Shown piece by piece: positions 1 through 10,058 of a DNA stretch of 64,000 bases. Numbering within the stretch: position 1 is the stretch's first letter; each line of letters starts with the position of its first letter. The notes under the pieces were generated by a model, which searched no databases, had not been told where the DNA came from, and saw only the letters and a program-made list of their open reading frames with translations. This stretch comes from an uncultured Eubacteriales bacterium (GTDB taxonomy: Bacteria > Acidobacteriota > Aminicenantia > Aminicenantales > Aminicenantaceae), in the NCBI GenBank assembly GCA_964584935.1, contig CAZPBN010000003.1, positions 39,880-103,879 of the forward strand. Direction: 5' to 3'. The position numbers and the translations under genes are program-made.

Positions 1-79
1 TCTCCTGCTTTTATACTAGATTGAACATTCTTTGAAAGCTTTACTGAGAAATCAAGCTAACGATTCCCATCCACTCCAC

Positions 80-3000
80 TTATTTCCTGACTCGAACAGG
101 ATAAGGAGGACGTTCCGGTTTTTTGGGCGGATTCTTTTTCAGCTCTTCCATAACGACTTCGATGGCTTTTTCAAGCTGAGGATCATGACCGGCAATCACT
201 TTTGCTGGAGTCTGCTCCACTTCGATATCTGGAGGAACTCCCACATTTTCAACCACAAAGCCGTCTTCAGTCCAAATAGCAAGGTTCGGAGCAGTGATGT
301 ATCCTCCATCCATAAGAGTTGGAAAACCCAGTATCCCTACGAGACCTCCCCATGTTCTTTTTCCTATAAGTTTCCCCATTTTCAGTTTTCTGAACATCCA
401 CGGTAAAAGATCGCCTCCAGAACCAGCTGTTTCATTGATAATCATGACTTTGGGCCCGAAAATAGCGGCACTCGGCGTTACCAAATCCTTTCCGTATCTC
501 ATGTTCCAGTAACAGATGAAAGGTCTTCTCAAGTGGTCGATATAATAATCTGCTACCGAACCTCCTCCATTGAAACGCTCATCGATGATTATGGCATCTT
601 TATGGGTTTGGGGGAAGAAATAGCGTTTAAAATAAGTATGGCCAAGGGTTGATGTATTGGGCACATACACATAAGCCACTCTGCCGTCTGTGGCTTCATT
701 GACTTTCTTGATATTCCCTTCGACCCAATCTCTGTTTCTCAGGGAACTTTCGTTTGAAATGGGCACTACTTTAAGTGTCCGGCTTCCTTTTCCGCTGGGA
801 TCAGGTCCTACTGTGATTTCAACAATTTTTCCTGACTTATTTTCAAAATGTTTGTATAAGTTATCAGGAGGATTCAATTTCTTTCCGTTGACAGCAAGAA
901 GGGACTCTCCTTTTTTCACATCAATTCCAGGCTCTTTGAGAGGAGAACGGAGTGAAGGATTCCAGTTAAGCCCTCCGTATACTTTTTCAAACTGATATTT
1001 CCCATTCTTTATGATATAGTCAGCGCCAAGAAGACCCCCCGGGATTCGTTCCGGTGAATCCGGCTTATCCCCTCCAAAAACTCTGTGGTGCCCCACTGAA
1101 AGTTCACTGCACATCCATTGAATCACTCTGTTCAAATCACTCCGGCAAGAACAATGAGGCAGAAACACCTCATATTTCTTTTTCATGGCATCCCAATCAG
1201 CTCCGTGCATATTGGGATCATAAAAATAATCCCTGTTTATTCGCCATGCTTCATCGAATATCTGGAACCATTCTTCTTTCGGATCAATATAAACCTCAAT
1301 ATCACTTGTCTTCAGTTTTCCAGTACCTGGTTTTATTTTCCCTGATGCGTTCACAATATGCAGTGAATTTCTCGTTCGATAGATCAGCTTTTTGTTATCG
1401 GCGGATAATTCATACCAGCGGACATCAGACGACAAAACTGTGTCTTTTCTCTTGTTCAAGTCATATTTGTGAAGTTTTCTTTGAATATTTCTAAAGTCAG
1501 TTCCAATCTGTTCCATGTAGAATATTTGTCCTTCTTCTCCGGTTTGAAGCTGCAAATACAGACCGGCATTCACAGGAAGGGAAATGATTCGATTGTTCAA
1601 ACCTTCAAAATCAATGGAAACAGAAGTATCTTCGTCCTTTTTTTCTTTGGCTTTGTCTTTGTTTTCTTCCTCTTCTTGGGCTGGCTCCACTTCATCGCTT
1701 TCTTTGGCCAGAGGAGACGCGGTCTCTTCTTTCAATGTCACCAGATAAATATTTCGATTCATTTCCATATCCGCATTGGACATTGCAAACCAGTGTCTAA
1801 CCGGGCCAGCATCGGTTGAAGCAAAAAAGTAAAGATATTTTCCACTCTTGTCAAAGACAGGTTCGCTCACATCGCTCATTCCGTCTGTGATGGCATAAGA
1901 CTTATTTTGTTCAACAGAGTACACATGCACTCTATTCATATAGGAAGTTGTGGTCAAGGTATAGGCAATCCATTTTGAATCATGAGACCAGACGCCTTCG
2001 ATACTCCCGAATGCACCCGGTTCATAAATAGGATCCTGAGCAATCTTAGTGATTTTTCCGGACTCGATATCTACCAAATAAAGAGACCGTCCGTTATCTG
2101 CAAAGGTCAGCTTTTTACTGTCTGGAGACCAATGGATAGCATTATAAAACCCTGCTCCATTCAGAGCGATCTTTTCGACTCCGCCTTTACCGTCCTGAGG
2201 CTGGATGTGAAGAGCGTATTCTCCGGACTCATCTGAAAAATAGGCTATAAACTTTCCATCTGGAGACCAAGCAGGATAACATTCGTGAACAGCTGTTGTT
2301 TGGGTGAGGTTCCGGGGATCCCCTTTTTCTTCAGGGACGGTCACAATATCTCCCCTGAAGTCAAGAACCGCTCTGGCTCCTGAAGGAGATATAGAAACAT
2401 CTCGAATATAATTGAAGCCTTTTTCATATCTGCGTCTGAGCTCGGGAAGGTCTGCAGCAATACCAATAATCAACTTTTCACTTTTACCTGTTTTGATATC
2501 AAAGGTGCTCAATCTCCCAGCACGCTCAAAAATGATATTTCCTCTGCAAGCTGAAGCATTCAGAATTGGAAAATCATCAAACCGGGTTAGCTGTTCAATT
2601 TCCTTTGAGTTTGTATCATAAGAAAACAGGTTAAATTCTCCGTTCCTGTCAGAACGAAAATAAATCTTATCTCCAATCCACATCGGATCCGTATCATTGC
2701 ATCCTCCTTCTGGTTGAGGAATTTTCTCAACAGAATAATCTTTGAATGTGAAAATATTTATGGTTGAGATAGTTCCTCCGCGATATTGCTTCCACTGGTT
2801 AAACGCTTCATAAAGAGGCGTATAGGCTATTTTCTCTCCATCGGGAGAATAATCCGCTTTATAGGCGCGGGGAATCTTGAGCTTATTAGGAAAACCGCCC
2901 TCCGCAGAAACGGTGTACAACTGGGAATAACGGTTGGTAAATGAGGTCCGTCCTGACCTAAAGAGAACAGCTGAACCATCCGGAGTGAAATCACAGACAT

Positions 3001-3349
3001 AATCAGAATAAGGATGCCAGGTTAAACGTTTGGGAATACCTCCCTTGGCTGGAACGATGAACACATCTGTGTTTCCGTCATACTGGGCATTGAATGCTAT
3101 GAAGTTTCCATCTGGAGAAAACACAGGATTGCTTTCAATCCCTTCGTCAGATGTTAACCGGCGGACATTATCTCCGTTTCTATCTGCTACCCATAAATCT
3201 TCAGCGTAAACAAATGCAATTTTGGCTTTACTTATTGCCGGATAGGTCAACATTTTTGTGTTCTCAGTATCAATGCCTTCTGTGCCTGCTGCCAGGACAC
3301 AAAATGTCAGAAGCAAGGCAGCAAATAACACATAGCTAAATTTTTTCAT
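80..3349 (-). CDS. Tricorn-protease-like S41 peptidase (PD40/TolB-type beta-propellers + PDZ + S41 domain), secreted
   Basis: Long ORF with repeated SPDG propeller motifs (FSPDGNFIAF, YSPDGEKIAY, WSPDGKFIAY, WSPDSKKLTF) and a TAGSGGD serine-peptidase motif near the C-terminus. Signal peptide MKKFSYVLFAALLL. GGAGG lies 6 nt upstream of the ATG at 3349; the longer ORF to 3418 is less likely. Confidence 0.85.
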   Translation of the reverse strand: MKKFSYVLFAALLLTFCVLAAGTEGIDTENTKMLTYPAISKAKIAFVYAEDLWVADRNGDNVRRLTSDEGIESNPVFSPDGNFIAFNAQYDGNTDVFIVPAKGGIPKRLTWHPYSDYVCDFTPDGSAVLFRSGRTSFTNRYSQLYTVSAEGGFPNKLKIPRAYKADYSPDGEKIAYTPLYEAFNQWKQYRGGTISTINIFTFKDYSVEKIPQPEGGCNDTDPMWIGDKIYFRSDRNGEFNLFSYDTNSKEIEQLTRFDDFPILNASACRGNIIFERAGRLSTFDIKTGKSEKLIIGIAADLPELRRRYEKGFNYIRDVSISPSGARAVLDFRGDIVTVPEEKGDPRNLTQTTAVHECYPAWSPDGKFIAYFSDESGEYALHIQPQDGKGGVEKIALNGAGFYNAIHWSPDSKKLTFADNGRSLYLVDIESGKITKIAQDPIYEPGAFGSIEGVWSHDSKWIAYTLTTTSYMNRVHVYSVEQNKSYAITDGMSDVSEPVFDKSGKYLYFFASTDAGPVRHWFAMSNADMEMNRNIYLVTLKEETASPLAKESDEVEPAQEEEENKDKAKEKKDEDTSVSIDFEGLNNRIISLPVNAGLYLQLQTGEEGQIFYMEQIGTDFRNIQRKLHKYDLNKRKDTVLSSDVRWYELSADNKKLIYRTRNSLHIVNASGKIKPGTGKLKTSDIEVYIDPKEEWFQIFDEAWRINRDYFYDPNMHGADWDAMKKKYEVFLPHCSCRSDLNRVIQWMCSELSVGHHRVFGGDKPDSPERIPGGLLGADYIIKNGKYQFEKVYGGLNWNPSLRSPLKEPGIDVKKGESLLAVNGKKLNPPDNLYKHFENKSGKIVEITVGPDPSGKGSRTLKVVPISNESSLRNRDWVEGNIKKVNEATDGRVAYVYVPNTSTLGHTYFKRYFFPQTHKDAIIIDERFNGGGSVADYYIDHLRRPFICYWNMRYGKDLVTPSAAIFGPKVMIINETAGSGGDLLPWMFRKLKMGKLIGKRTWGGLVGILGFPTLMDGGYITAPNLAIWTEDGFVVENVGVPPDIEVEQTPAKVIAGHDPQLEKAIEVVMEELKKNPPKKPERPPYPVRVRK

Positions 3350-3528
3350 GGAAACCTCCTTCCGTTTTTTTAGTTTAAAAACATTGCGAATTTTTATTTT
3401 TATATAAATACTTCTCAAATGTCAATCCATCAAAGACTTGAATATTTCTAGCATTTTTCCTTTCAGTCAAATATATTTAATTCTATTTTTTGATTATATG
3501 GATAGACAAATCCAAAAACAGAAAAGCC

Positions 3529-3687
3529 ATGATAAAAAGAATAGCAAGCCTTTACCGTAATTCTTATACAGGACTTCCACGGCAAGCTTGGACTCTTTTT
3601 GCCGTTCAGTTAGTCAATGTTTCAGGGTTTATAGTGATTTTCTTTTTAAGTCTTTATCTTACAAGAAAATTGAATTCCAATGATTAA
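3529..3687 (+). pseudogene. N-terminal fragment of an MFS-type transporter (truncated after about 52 codons)
   Basis: MIKRIASLYRNSYTGLPRQAWTLFAVQLVNVSGFIVIFFLSLYLTRKL resembles the first TM region of MFS permeases. The ORF stops abruptly and is followed by about 800 bp of non-coding AT-rich DNA. Confidence 0.35.
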
Positions 3688-4136
3688 ATCAAATCCTACA
3701 GGATGATTATGTCCTTTACAAAAGATTGAAAACAGACATTCAAATTCCTTTAAAAAGAATCAAGCGATTTCAAAAAAAGACACTGTGTTAAATCCAATGA
3801 ACCGTGGCGGATGATGTTCAGAATAAAGAAGCACACAAACAAACTTTTTGAAACAAGTTTCTCCTTTCTATTCAGAGAGTCATGGAATTATTCCCAGGGG
3901 CATCGAATCAAATTCATATTTTTTATTTATCGCCTATCTTTACAATAAAAAATTAATAAAAATTGATTGATTATTAACCTGGTTCATAGCAATCCATATT
4001 CTTCTGGAATTTTATCATTTTTCTTATTTATTGAAAGCTGAAAAAAATATTTTTTCTATATTAAAATAAAAATTCCAATCCACATCTCAAATTTCTGCTT
4101 CTCTATTTTTGTGTTTTTCTGTTTCACTGTTTTTTA

Positions 4137-4337
4137 TGGATGAGAAAACCGTTTGAAGGCCGAGCAGGCATGGTCTCTCCAATTGTAGAGACTGTTTCCC
4201 AAATAGTCCTTTATGATCAATATAAAGCCCAATGCATGGATCGGGCCCTACCTGATGGGGAAAATTCTGCCTTTTCTTGAACCCATTAACCTGATGCATT
4301 TCACTATCATTATCCTATAAAAAAAATGCGGGAACTG
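4137..4337 (+). repeat. Copy 1 of a structured intergenic repeat (block A 4137-4174, variable core, block B 4261-4337); homologous to 49114-49283 on the minus strand
   Basis: Direct comparison with the reverse complement of 49114-49283. Block A (tggatgagaaaaccgtttgaaggccgagcaggcatggt) is 36/38 identical. Block B (aaaattctgcc..ttgaacccattaacctgatgcatttcactatcattatcctataaaaaaaaatgcgggaact) is about 85-90% identical over about 78 nt. The middle differs in sequence and length. Confidence 0.6.
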
Positions 4338-4498
4338 CTAAAAGCCGTCCCCTTGAAATTCACAGCTAATCCCTTCATAATAAGTACAAACAGATTGATT
4401 GTTTTAAAAGAAACAAAACTGAGGATTCATTTGATAAAACATCCTGTGATAACTCCAAGGGGTCCGGTTCATAAGCAAATATAAAAAGGGAAACAGAA

Positions 4499-5236
4499 AT
4501 GGAAAAACAGAAACACATTCGGATTGGAACATCTGGCTGGTATTACCGGCACTGGCTGGGACCTTTTTATCCTAAAAATCTCGCTAAAAAGGACTTTCTC
4601 AGTTTTTATTCCCAGAAATTCTTGACAGCGGAAATCAACAATACATTCTACAAAGTTCCTCAAAAACAAACCCTTCTCAATTGGAAGAACGAAGTTCCGG
4701 CTCATTTTATTTTTTCAGCCAAAGCCAGCCAATATATCACTCATATGAAAAAATTAAAAGATCCTCAGGAACCGGTTGCTCGATTTTTTTCCCAGATTGA
4801 GGCTCTCGGAGAAAAACTGGGTCCTATACTTTTTCAACTTCCTCCTCATTGGAAAATTAATCCTTCTAGACTGGATTTTTTTCTCAAATCCCTCCCCTCT
4901 CAATATAAATATGTTTTTGAATTCCGTGATCCCAGCTGGTTTCATGAGGACACTTACTCCATTCTAAAGGAACAGGGTGCAGCCTTTTGTATATATGATT
5001 TCAACAGACGCCTTTCCCCCAAAGAAGTCACTGCCGAATTCATTTACATCAGACTTCACGGTCCGGATAGACCTTATCAAGGGCAGTATGATAAAAAAAA
5101 TCTTTCCGGTTGGGCAGAGTCTATTTCCGAATGGAAAAAACAAGGAAAGGATGTTTTCTGCTATTTTGATAATGACCAATTGGGATACGCAGCCCAGGAC
5201 GCCCTGCATCTCAAGCAAATACTGGATAAGGAGTGA
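4499..5236 (+). CDS. DUF72 (YecE-like) family protein
   Basis: IRIGTSGWYYRHWLGPFYP, TAEINNTFY and FEFRDPSWF are typical DUF72 motifs. The gene stops 3 nt before the polX start. Confidence 0.85.
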   Translation: MEKQKHIRIGTSGWYYRHWLGPFYPKNLAKKDFLSFYSQKFLTAEINNTFYKVPQKQTLLNWKNEVPAHFIFSAKASQYITHMKKLKDPQEPVARFFSQIEALGEKLGPILFQLPPHWKINPSRLDFFLKSLPSQYKYVFEFRDPSWFHEDTYSILKEQGAAFCIYDFNRRLSPKEVTAEFIYIRLHGPDRPYQGQYDKKNLSGWAESISEWKKQGKDVFCYFDNDQLGYAAQDALHLKQILDKE

Positions 5237-5239
5237 ACC

Positions 5240-6973
5240 ATGCCCGTTCATAACAGTGATATTTCTGAAATATTCAACAAAATCGCCGACCTCCTGGAAA
5301 TCAAAGATGCCAATCCTTTCCGAGTCCGAGCCTACAGAAATGCAGCCCGAACAGTAGAAAGTCTTTCTAAATCTGTGGCAGATATGATCGAACAGGAAAA
5401 AGACTTATCTAAATTTCCGGGAATTGGCAAAGATCTTGCTAATAAGATTGGCACCATAGTAGAGACAGGAACGCTTCCTCTGCTGAAGGAGATGGAAAAA
5501 GATGTGCCTCTGGAACTGAGCCAGATGATGAAAATCCAGGGAATGGGGCCTAAAAAAATAAAAGTGATTTATAAAAAACTGGGAATCAGATCCACTGATG
5601 CCCTGCTCCAAGCGGCAAAGAATGGAGAAATTCAGAATCTTCCTGGTTTTGGCAAAAAAACAGAGAAAGGAATCATCGAAGAAATTGAACGGATGCAAAA
5701 ACAGAAAAAGGGAGGAGTGGAACGAATGAAGCTGGCAAAAGCTGAGCAGATCGCAGAGCCGTTCTTAGATCACTTGAAGAAAGAAAAGGGGATTAAAGAC
5801 ATCATCATCGCCGGAAGCTATCGCAGAAGAAAAGAAACCGTGGGCGACTTGGATATCCTGGCAACCTGCAAAAAAGGATCTCCGGTGATGGACAGGTTTG
5901 TCAATTACGAAGATGTGGAAAAAGTGATTTCTAAAGGAACAACCCGTTCATCCGTATTCCTCCGAAGCGGGCTGCAAGTCGACCTCCGAGTGGTTCCAGA
6001 AGTCAGCTATGGAGCTGCTTTGCATTATTTCACTGGCTCCAAAGAGCATAACATTGCCATCCGCAAAAAAGGAGTCAATAAAAAACTCAAGATCAATGAA
6101 TACGGTGTTTTTAAAGGGGAAAAAAGAATTGCCGGGAAAACAGAGATAGAAGTCTACAAACAGGTGAATCTTCCTTACATGGAACCAGAATTACGGGAAA
6201 ATCGAGGAGAGATTGAGGCAGCCCAGAAAGACAAACTTCCCCGTTTAATCACTCTTGATGACATTAAAGGAGATTTGCATGTTCATACCAAGTACACAGA
6301 CGGCCGCTACAGCATAGAAGAAATGGCTCAAGCAGCCAAAGAGCATCACTATCATTACTTGGCTATCACAGACCACTCCAAGCAGGTGAGAGTGGCGAAC
6401 GGATTGGATGCCAAAAGGTTGCGAAAACAGATTGACGAGATTGACCGCGTCAATCAGAAAATCAAGGATATCCAGATTCTGAAATCCATCGAACTGGATA
6501 TCCTTGAAGACGGATCCCTCGACCTCCCGGATGAAATTCTTAAAGAACTGGATCTGGTTCTTTGTTCTATCCATTCAAAATTCAATCTGACCCAAGAGAA
6601 ACAAACCAAACGGATTATCAAAGCTATGGATAATCCCTATTTCAATATTCTGTGTCATCCCAGCGGCAGATTGATAAATGAAAGAAAACCCTATGAACTC
6701 AATATGGAAAAAGTGATGAAGGCAGCCAAAGAAAGGGGCTGTTACCTGGAGCTCAACTCCCACCCTGACAGACTGGATCTTCATGATGTTCACTGTAAAA
6801 TGGCTAAAGAGATGGGGATAAAATTAGCCATTACCACAGACGCTCACAGCATCAATGATCTGAATTTAATCAAATTTGGTGTTGGGCAGGCAAGGAGAGG
6901 CTGGCTGGAACCTGAAGTCGTTCTGAATACAAAAAACTGGAAAGAACTCAAGAAATTTTTAAAAAGAAAATAA
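5240..6973 (+). CDS. polX: Family X DNA polymerase with C-terminal PHP domain (PolX)
   Basis: HhH region (GIGKDLANKI, GFGKKTE), pol-beta nucleotidyltransferase motif GSYRRRKETVGDLDIL, and PHP motifs DLHVHTKYTDG and ITDHS. Confidence 0.9.
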   Translation: MPVHNSDISEIFNKIADLLEIKDANPFRVRAYRNAARTVESLSKSVADMIEQEKDLSKFPGIGKDLANKIGTIVETGTLPLLKEMEKDVPLELSQMMKIQGMGPKKIKVIYKKLGIRSTDALLQAAKNGEIQNLPGFGKKTEKGIIEEIERMQKQKKGGVERMKLAKAEQIAEPFLDHLKKEKGIKDIIIAGSYRRRKETVGDLDILATCKKGSPVMDRFVNYEDVEKVISKGTTRSSVFLRSGLQVDLRVVPEVSYGAALHYFTGSKEHNIAIRKKGVNKKLKINEYGVFKGEKRIAGKTEIEVYKQVNLPYMEPELRENRGEIEAAQKDKLPRLITLDDIKGDLHVHTKYTDGRYSIEEMAQAAKEHHYHYLAITDHSKQVRVANGLDAKRLRKQIDEIDRVNQKIKDIQILKSIELDILEDGSLDLPDEILKELDLVLCSIHSKFNLTQEKQTKRIIKAMDNPYFNILCHPSGRLINERKPYELNMEKVMKAAKERGCYLELNSHPDRLDLHDVHCKMAKEMGIKLAITTDAHSINDLNLIKFGVGQARRGWLEPEVVLNTKNWKELKKFLKRK

Positions 6974-6991
6974 AAAAATAGGGAGAATACA

Positions 6992-9055
6992 ATGGATTTC
7001 AAAAAAAATCCTAAGACTGATTTTAAAGATATCAAAAATATGACCAAGATAGAGGCTAAAGAAGAAGTGGAAGCACTTCGAGAGGGAATCGAATATCATA
7101 ATTATTATTATTATGTGAAAAATAATCCCCAAATATCAGATGAACTGTACGACCGATTGTTCCGGCGTCTTCAAGACCTGGAGAATGCCTTTCCAGAGCT
7201 TCAGTCAGATATTTCTCCCACCCAGAGAGTTGGGGCGGAACCTTTGGATAAACTCAAAAAAATCAATCACACCACTTCCATGCTCAGCCTCAATGCGGCC
7301 TTGAATGAAAAAGAAGCCAGAGAATTCAATAACTTCATCCGAAGAAATGTGGATAAAACCGATATCCAGTATGTGGTGGAGCCTAAATTTGACGGATTTT
7401 CCGTAGAGGTGGTATACAGGGATGGAATATTTCAGTATGGGGCAACCCGGGGAGACGGGGAAGTGGGAGAAGATATTTCTGAAAATTTAAAAACCATCCG
7501 TTCCCTTCCCATGCGAATGCGGAAACAAAACGGAAACAATCTTCCCTCTTTTCTGGCTGTGCGGGCAGAAGTCTTTATGCCGAAAAAGGAATTCCAAAAG
7601 CTGAATAAAAAAAGGATTGAACAAGGAGATGTTCCCTTTTCCAATCCCAGAAACGCCTCAGCTGGTATAATGAGACAGCTGGATTCCAAAAAGGTCGCTG
7701 ACAAACCGCTGGATATCTTTTTCTATGAAATATTGAGCATTGAGGGAGCAGAATTTAGTTCCCACTGGAAAGAGCTGAAGCAGTTATCGGCATGGGGGCT
7801 CAAAACAGATGTCCATAACACTCTGTGTTCTTCCTTTGACGAAGTTGTCCAATACTACAACAATCTTTTACCGAAAAGGGACGAACTGGAATATGAAATT
7901 GACGGGATTGTGATCAAACTGGATGACCTTCGCTTGAGGTCAGAGCTGGGCACTCGCCAGCGGAGTCCTCGTTGGGCTATTGCCTGGAAGTTTCCTGCAA
8001 AGAAAGAAGTCACTATCATGGAGGATATTGTGGTTCAGGTGGGACGAACTGGAATGTTGACTCCAGTGGCTTTACTTCAGCCCGTGGATGTAGGTGGAGT
8101 CACCGTCAGCCGGGCTACTCTTCATAATGAAGATGAAGTTCTTAGGAAAGATGTCCGGCCTGGTGATAAAGTCAGGATTGCCCGGGCAGGTGATGTCATT
8201 CCAGAGGTGGTGGAAAGAGTTGAAATCAAAGACAAAAAGAGGGGAAAAAAGTTTTCCATGCCAAAAAAATGCCCGGTTTGCAACTCAGAAATTCTCAAAG
8301 AAGGGGCTTATTATTTTTGCTCAGCAGGCCTTTCCTGCCAGGCTCAACTCATTGGTCATATCATCCATTATTCTTCCCGCGAAGCCCTCAATATCGAAGG
8401 CTTGGGCGAAAAAATTGTCATACAACTGGTGAAAAGAGGAATGATCCAGGATATCGCAGATCTCTATCATCTTTCAAAAGAGGAATTACTCAAACTGGAA
8501 GGATTTGCTCAAAAATCAGCCCAAAATTTGTATGATGCGATTCAAGCCACAAAAAATATCCGATTGGACAGATTTCTGTATGCACTTGGTATTCGTCATG
8601 TTGGCCAGCATGTCGCCCGTGTTCTGAGCAGGGAATATCAAAGACTGAATAAAATTCGGGATGCCAAAAAAGAGGAACTGGAACAAATCAATGAAATTGG
8701 GCCTGAAATTGCTCAGAGTGTGGTCCATTTCTTCAAACAGGAAGAAAATAAGAAAGTACTGGAAAAACTTCAAAAAGCAGGAATCAATGTGGAAGAAGCC
8801 TCTGCTCCTAAAAAGAAACCGTTTTTAGAGGGGAAATCCTTTGTTTTCACCGGTGAACTTGAAAATTATAGCCGTGATGAAGCTAAATCCATTGTGGAAG
8901 AGCTGGGAGGAAGGGCAACCTCCAGCATAAGCGGAAGCACTGATTTTGTGGTTGTGGGGAATCATCCGGGAAGTAAACTTCAGAAAGCAAGAGAACACAA
9001 CACCCGTATACTGGATGAAAACGAATTTAGGAAATTGATTAAAAACAATCAATAA
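6992..9055 (+). CDS. ligA: NAD-dependent DNA ligase
   Basis: Adenylation motif VEPKFDG, OB fold, Zn finger CPVCNSEILKEGAYYFCSAGLSC, HhH repeats and a C-terminal BRCT (FVFTGEL...). Confidence 0.95.
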   Translation: MDFKKNPKTDFKDIKNMTKIEAKEEVEALREGIEYHNYYYYVKNNPQISDELYDRLFRRLQDLENAFPELQSDISPTQRVGAEPLDKLKKINHTTSMLSLNAALNEKEAREFNNFIRRNVDKTDIQYVVEPKFDGFSVEVVYRDGIFQYGATRGDGEVGEDISENLKTIRSLPMRMRKQNGNNLPSFLAVRAEVFMPKKEFQKLNKKRIEQGDVPFSNPRNASAGIMRQLDSKKVADKPLDIFFYEILSIEGAEFSSHWKELKQLSAWGLKTDVHNTLCSSFDEVVQYYNNLLPKRDELEYEIDGIVIKLDDLRLRSELGTRQRSPRWAIAWKFPAKKEVTIMEDIVVQVGRTGMLTPVALLQPVDVGGVTVSRATLHNEDEVLRKDVRPGDKVRIARAGDVIPEVVERVEIKDKKRGKKFSMPKKCPVCNSEILKEGAYYFCSAGLSCQAQLIGHIIHYSSREALNIEGLGEKIVIQLVKRGMIQDIADLYHLSKEELLKLEGFAQKSAQNLYDAIQATKNIRLDRFLYALGIRHVGQHVARVLSREYQRLNKIRDAKKEELEQINEIGPEIAQSVVHFFKQEENKKVLEKLQKAGINVEEASAPKKKPFLEGKSFVFTGELENYSRDEAKSIVEELGGRATSSISGSTDFVVVGNHPGSKLQKAREHNTRILDENEFRKLIKNNQ

Positions 9056-9422
9056 ACAATGAACATTTTCCGTCTTCTTAATTGAATATCAAAGGTGACG
9101 GAAAAGACTTCAAACAATTCTGGGAGGAAGAAGGAAAAGCAAGATACCAGGAGTATATCCGGAACAAGAAAAAAGAAAAAGAAGAAGAAAAAAAACCAGA
9201 GCAGAAATAGCTGAAACCAGGCGAGAGGGCGTTTCCTTAGGCTTCTTTTTGAGTTCCTAAAAAATCCTAAAAAGAGATTCCTAAAGGGAATGCCCTTTCA
9301 TTATATTTTATTAAAAAAACCTTTTTTCTATTCTAATTATTCCAGAAAAAAAGTGGAATTAATTTTTTGTGGTTTTTATCTGATTTATCTCTCGGTAATG
9401 ATTTTTTAACAAGAATCCTGAG

Positions 9423-9452
9423 TTTACAAAAGTGTTAAATTATTTGCATAAT
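9423..9452 (+). promoter_or_regulatory. Putative sigma70-type promoter of the RRM-protein gene (TTTACA-18-CATAAT), implying a 5' UTR of about 120 nt
   Basis: Hexamers read at 9423-9428 and 9447-9452. This is the only reasonable match in the 520-bp upstream gap. Confidence 0.3.
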
Positions 9453-9575
9453 GAATAAATATATGTTATCGTAAGGCAAATAGCATTTAGATATTTTTTC
9501 TGAAAATGAGTGAGCTTAAATTCTATTTTCATTAAGAGTATTTAAATTAGAGTATTATTTAAGGAGTAAAATAGA

Positions 9576-9830
9576 ATGAAAGGCAAGAAGCTTTATGTAG
9601 GAAATTTGGACTATTCAGTCAAAGAGGCTGATATAAAGGAACTATTCTCTCAGTTCGGCGAAATTAATGATGCAGTCATTATAAAAGACAAATACACGGA
9701 TCGCTCCAAAGGATTTGGTTTCATTGAATTTTCTAAACCAGAAGAAGCACAAAAAGCAGAATCAGAACTCAACGGAAAAGAATATCATGGCCGCACTTTG
9801 AAAGTAAATGAAGCCCGAGAACGACTGTAA
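9576..9830 (+). CDS. RRM-type (RNP-1/RNP-2) RNA-binding protein
   Basis: RNP-2 KLYVGNL and RNP-1 KGFGFIEF. AGGAG lies upstream of the ATG. Confidence 0.9.
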   Translation: MKGKKLYVGNLDYSVKEADIKELFSQFGEINDAVIIKDKYTDRSKGFGFIEFSKPEEAQKAESELNGKEYHGRTLKVNEARERL

Positions 9831-10058
9831 AGAAATAATAGCCATAACAATCACTACAATAAATACTAATATTTCTTAATTACAAAATCAGAAGATCCCC
9901 AATCAATTTATTTCATTAACAAAATGAACAATAGATAAGATATGGGGATATTCAGTAGACATTCACTAATACCACTATTTTTAGCTGCCTTATATAACAA
10001 AAATGATTAAAAAAATGAAGTGAATCCTATATGAAAGGTAGTAAAAAGGAGGGAAACA

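Noticed and set aside
9060-9215. A purine-rich tract (aagaaaaaagaaaaagaagaagaaaaaaaa) and a 41-codon TTG-started ORF downstream of ligA, plus a 9-bp stem (ttttccgtc/gacggaaaa, about 9072-9113).
   Set aside because: There is no ATG or RBS and the composition is low-complexity Lys/Glu. The stem has a 24-nt loop and no U-tract, so neither a gene nor a terminator call is justified.
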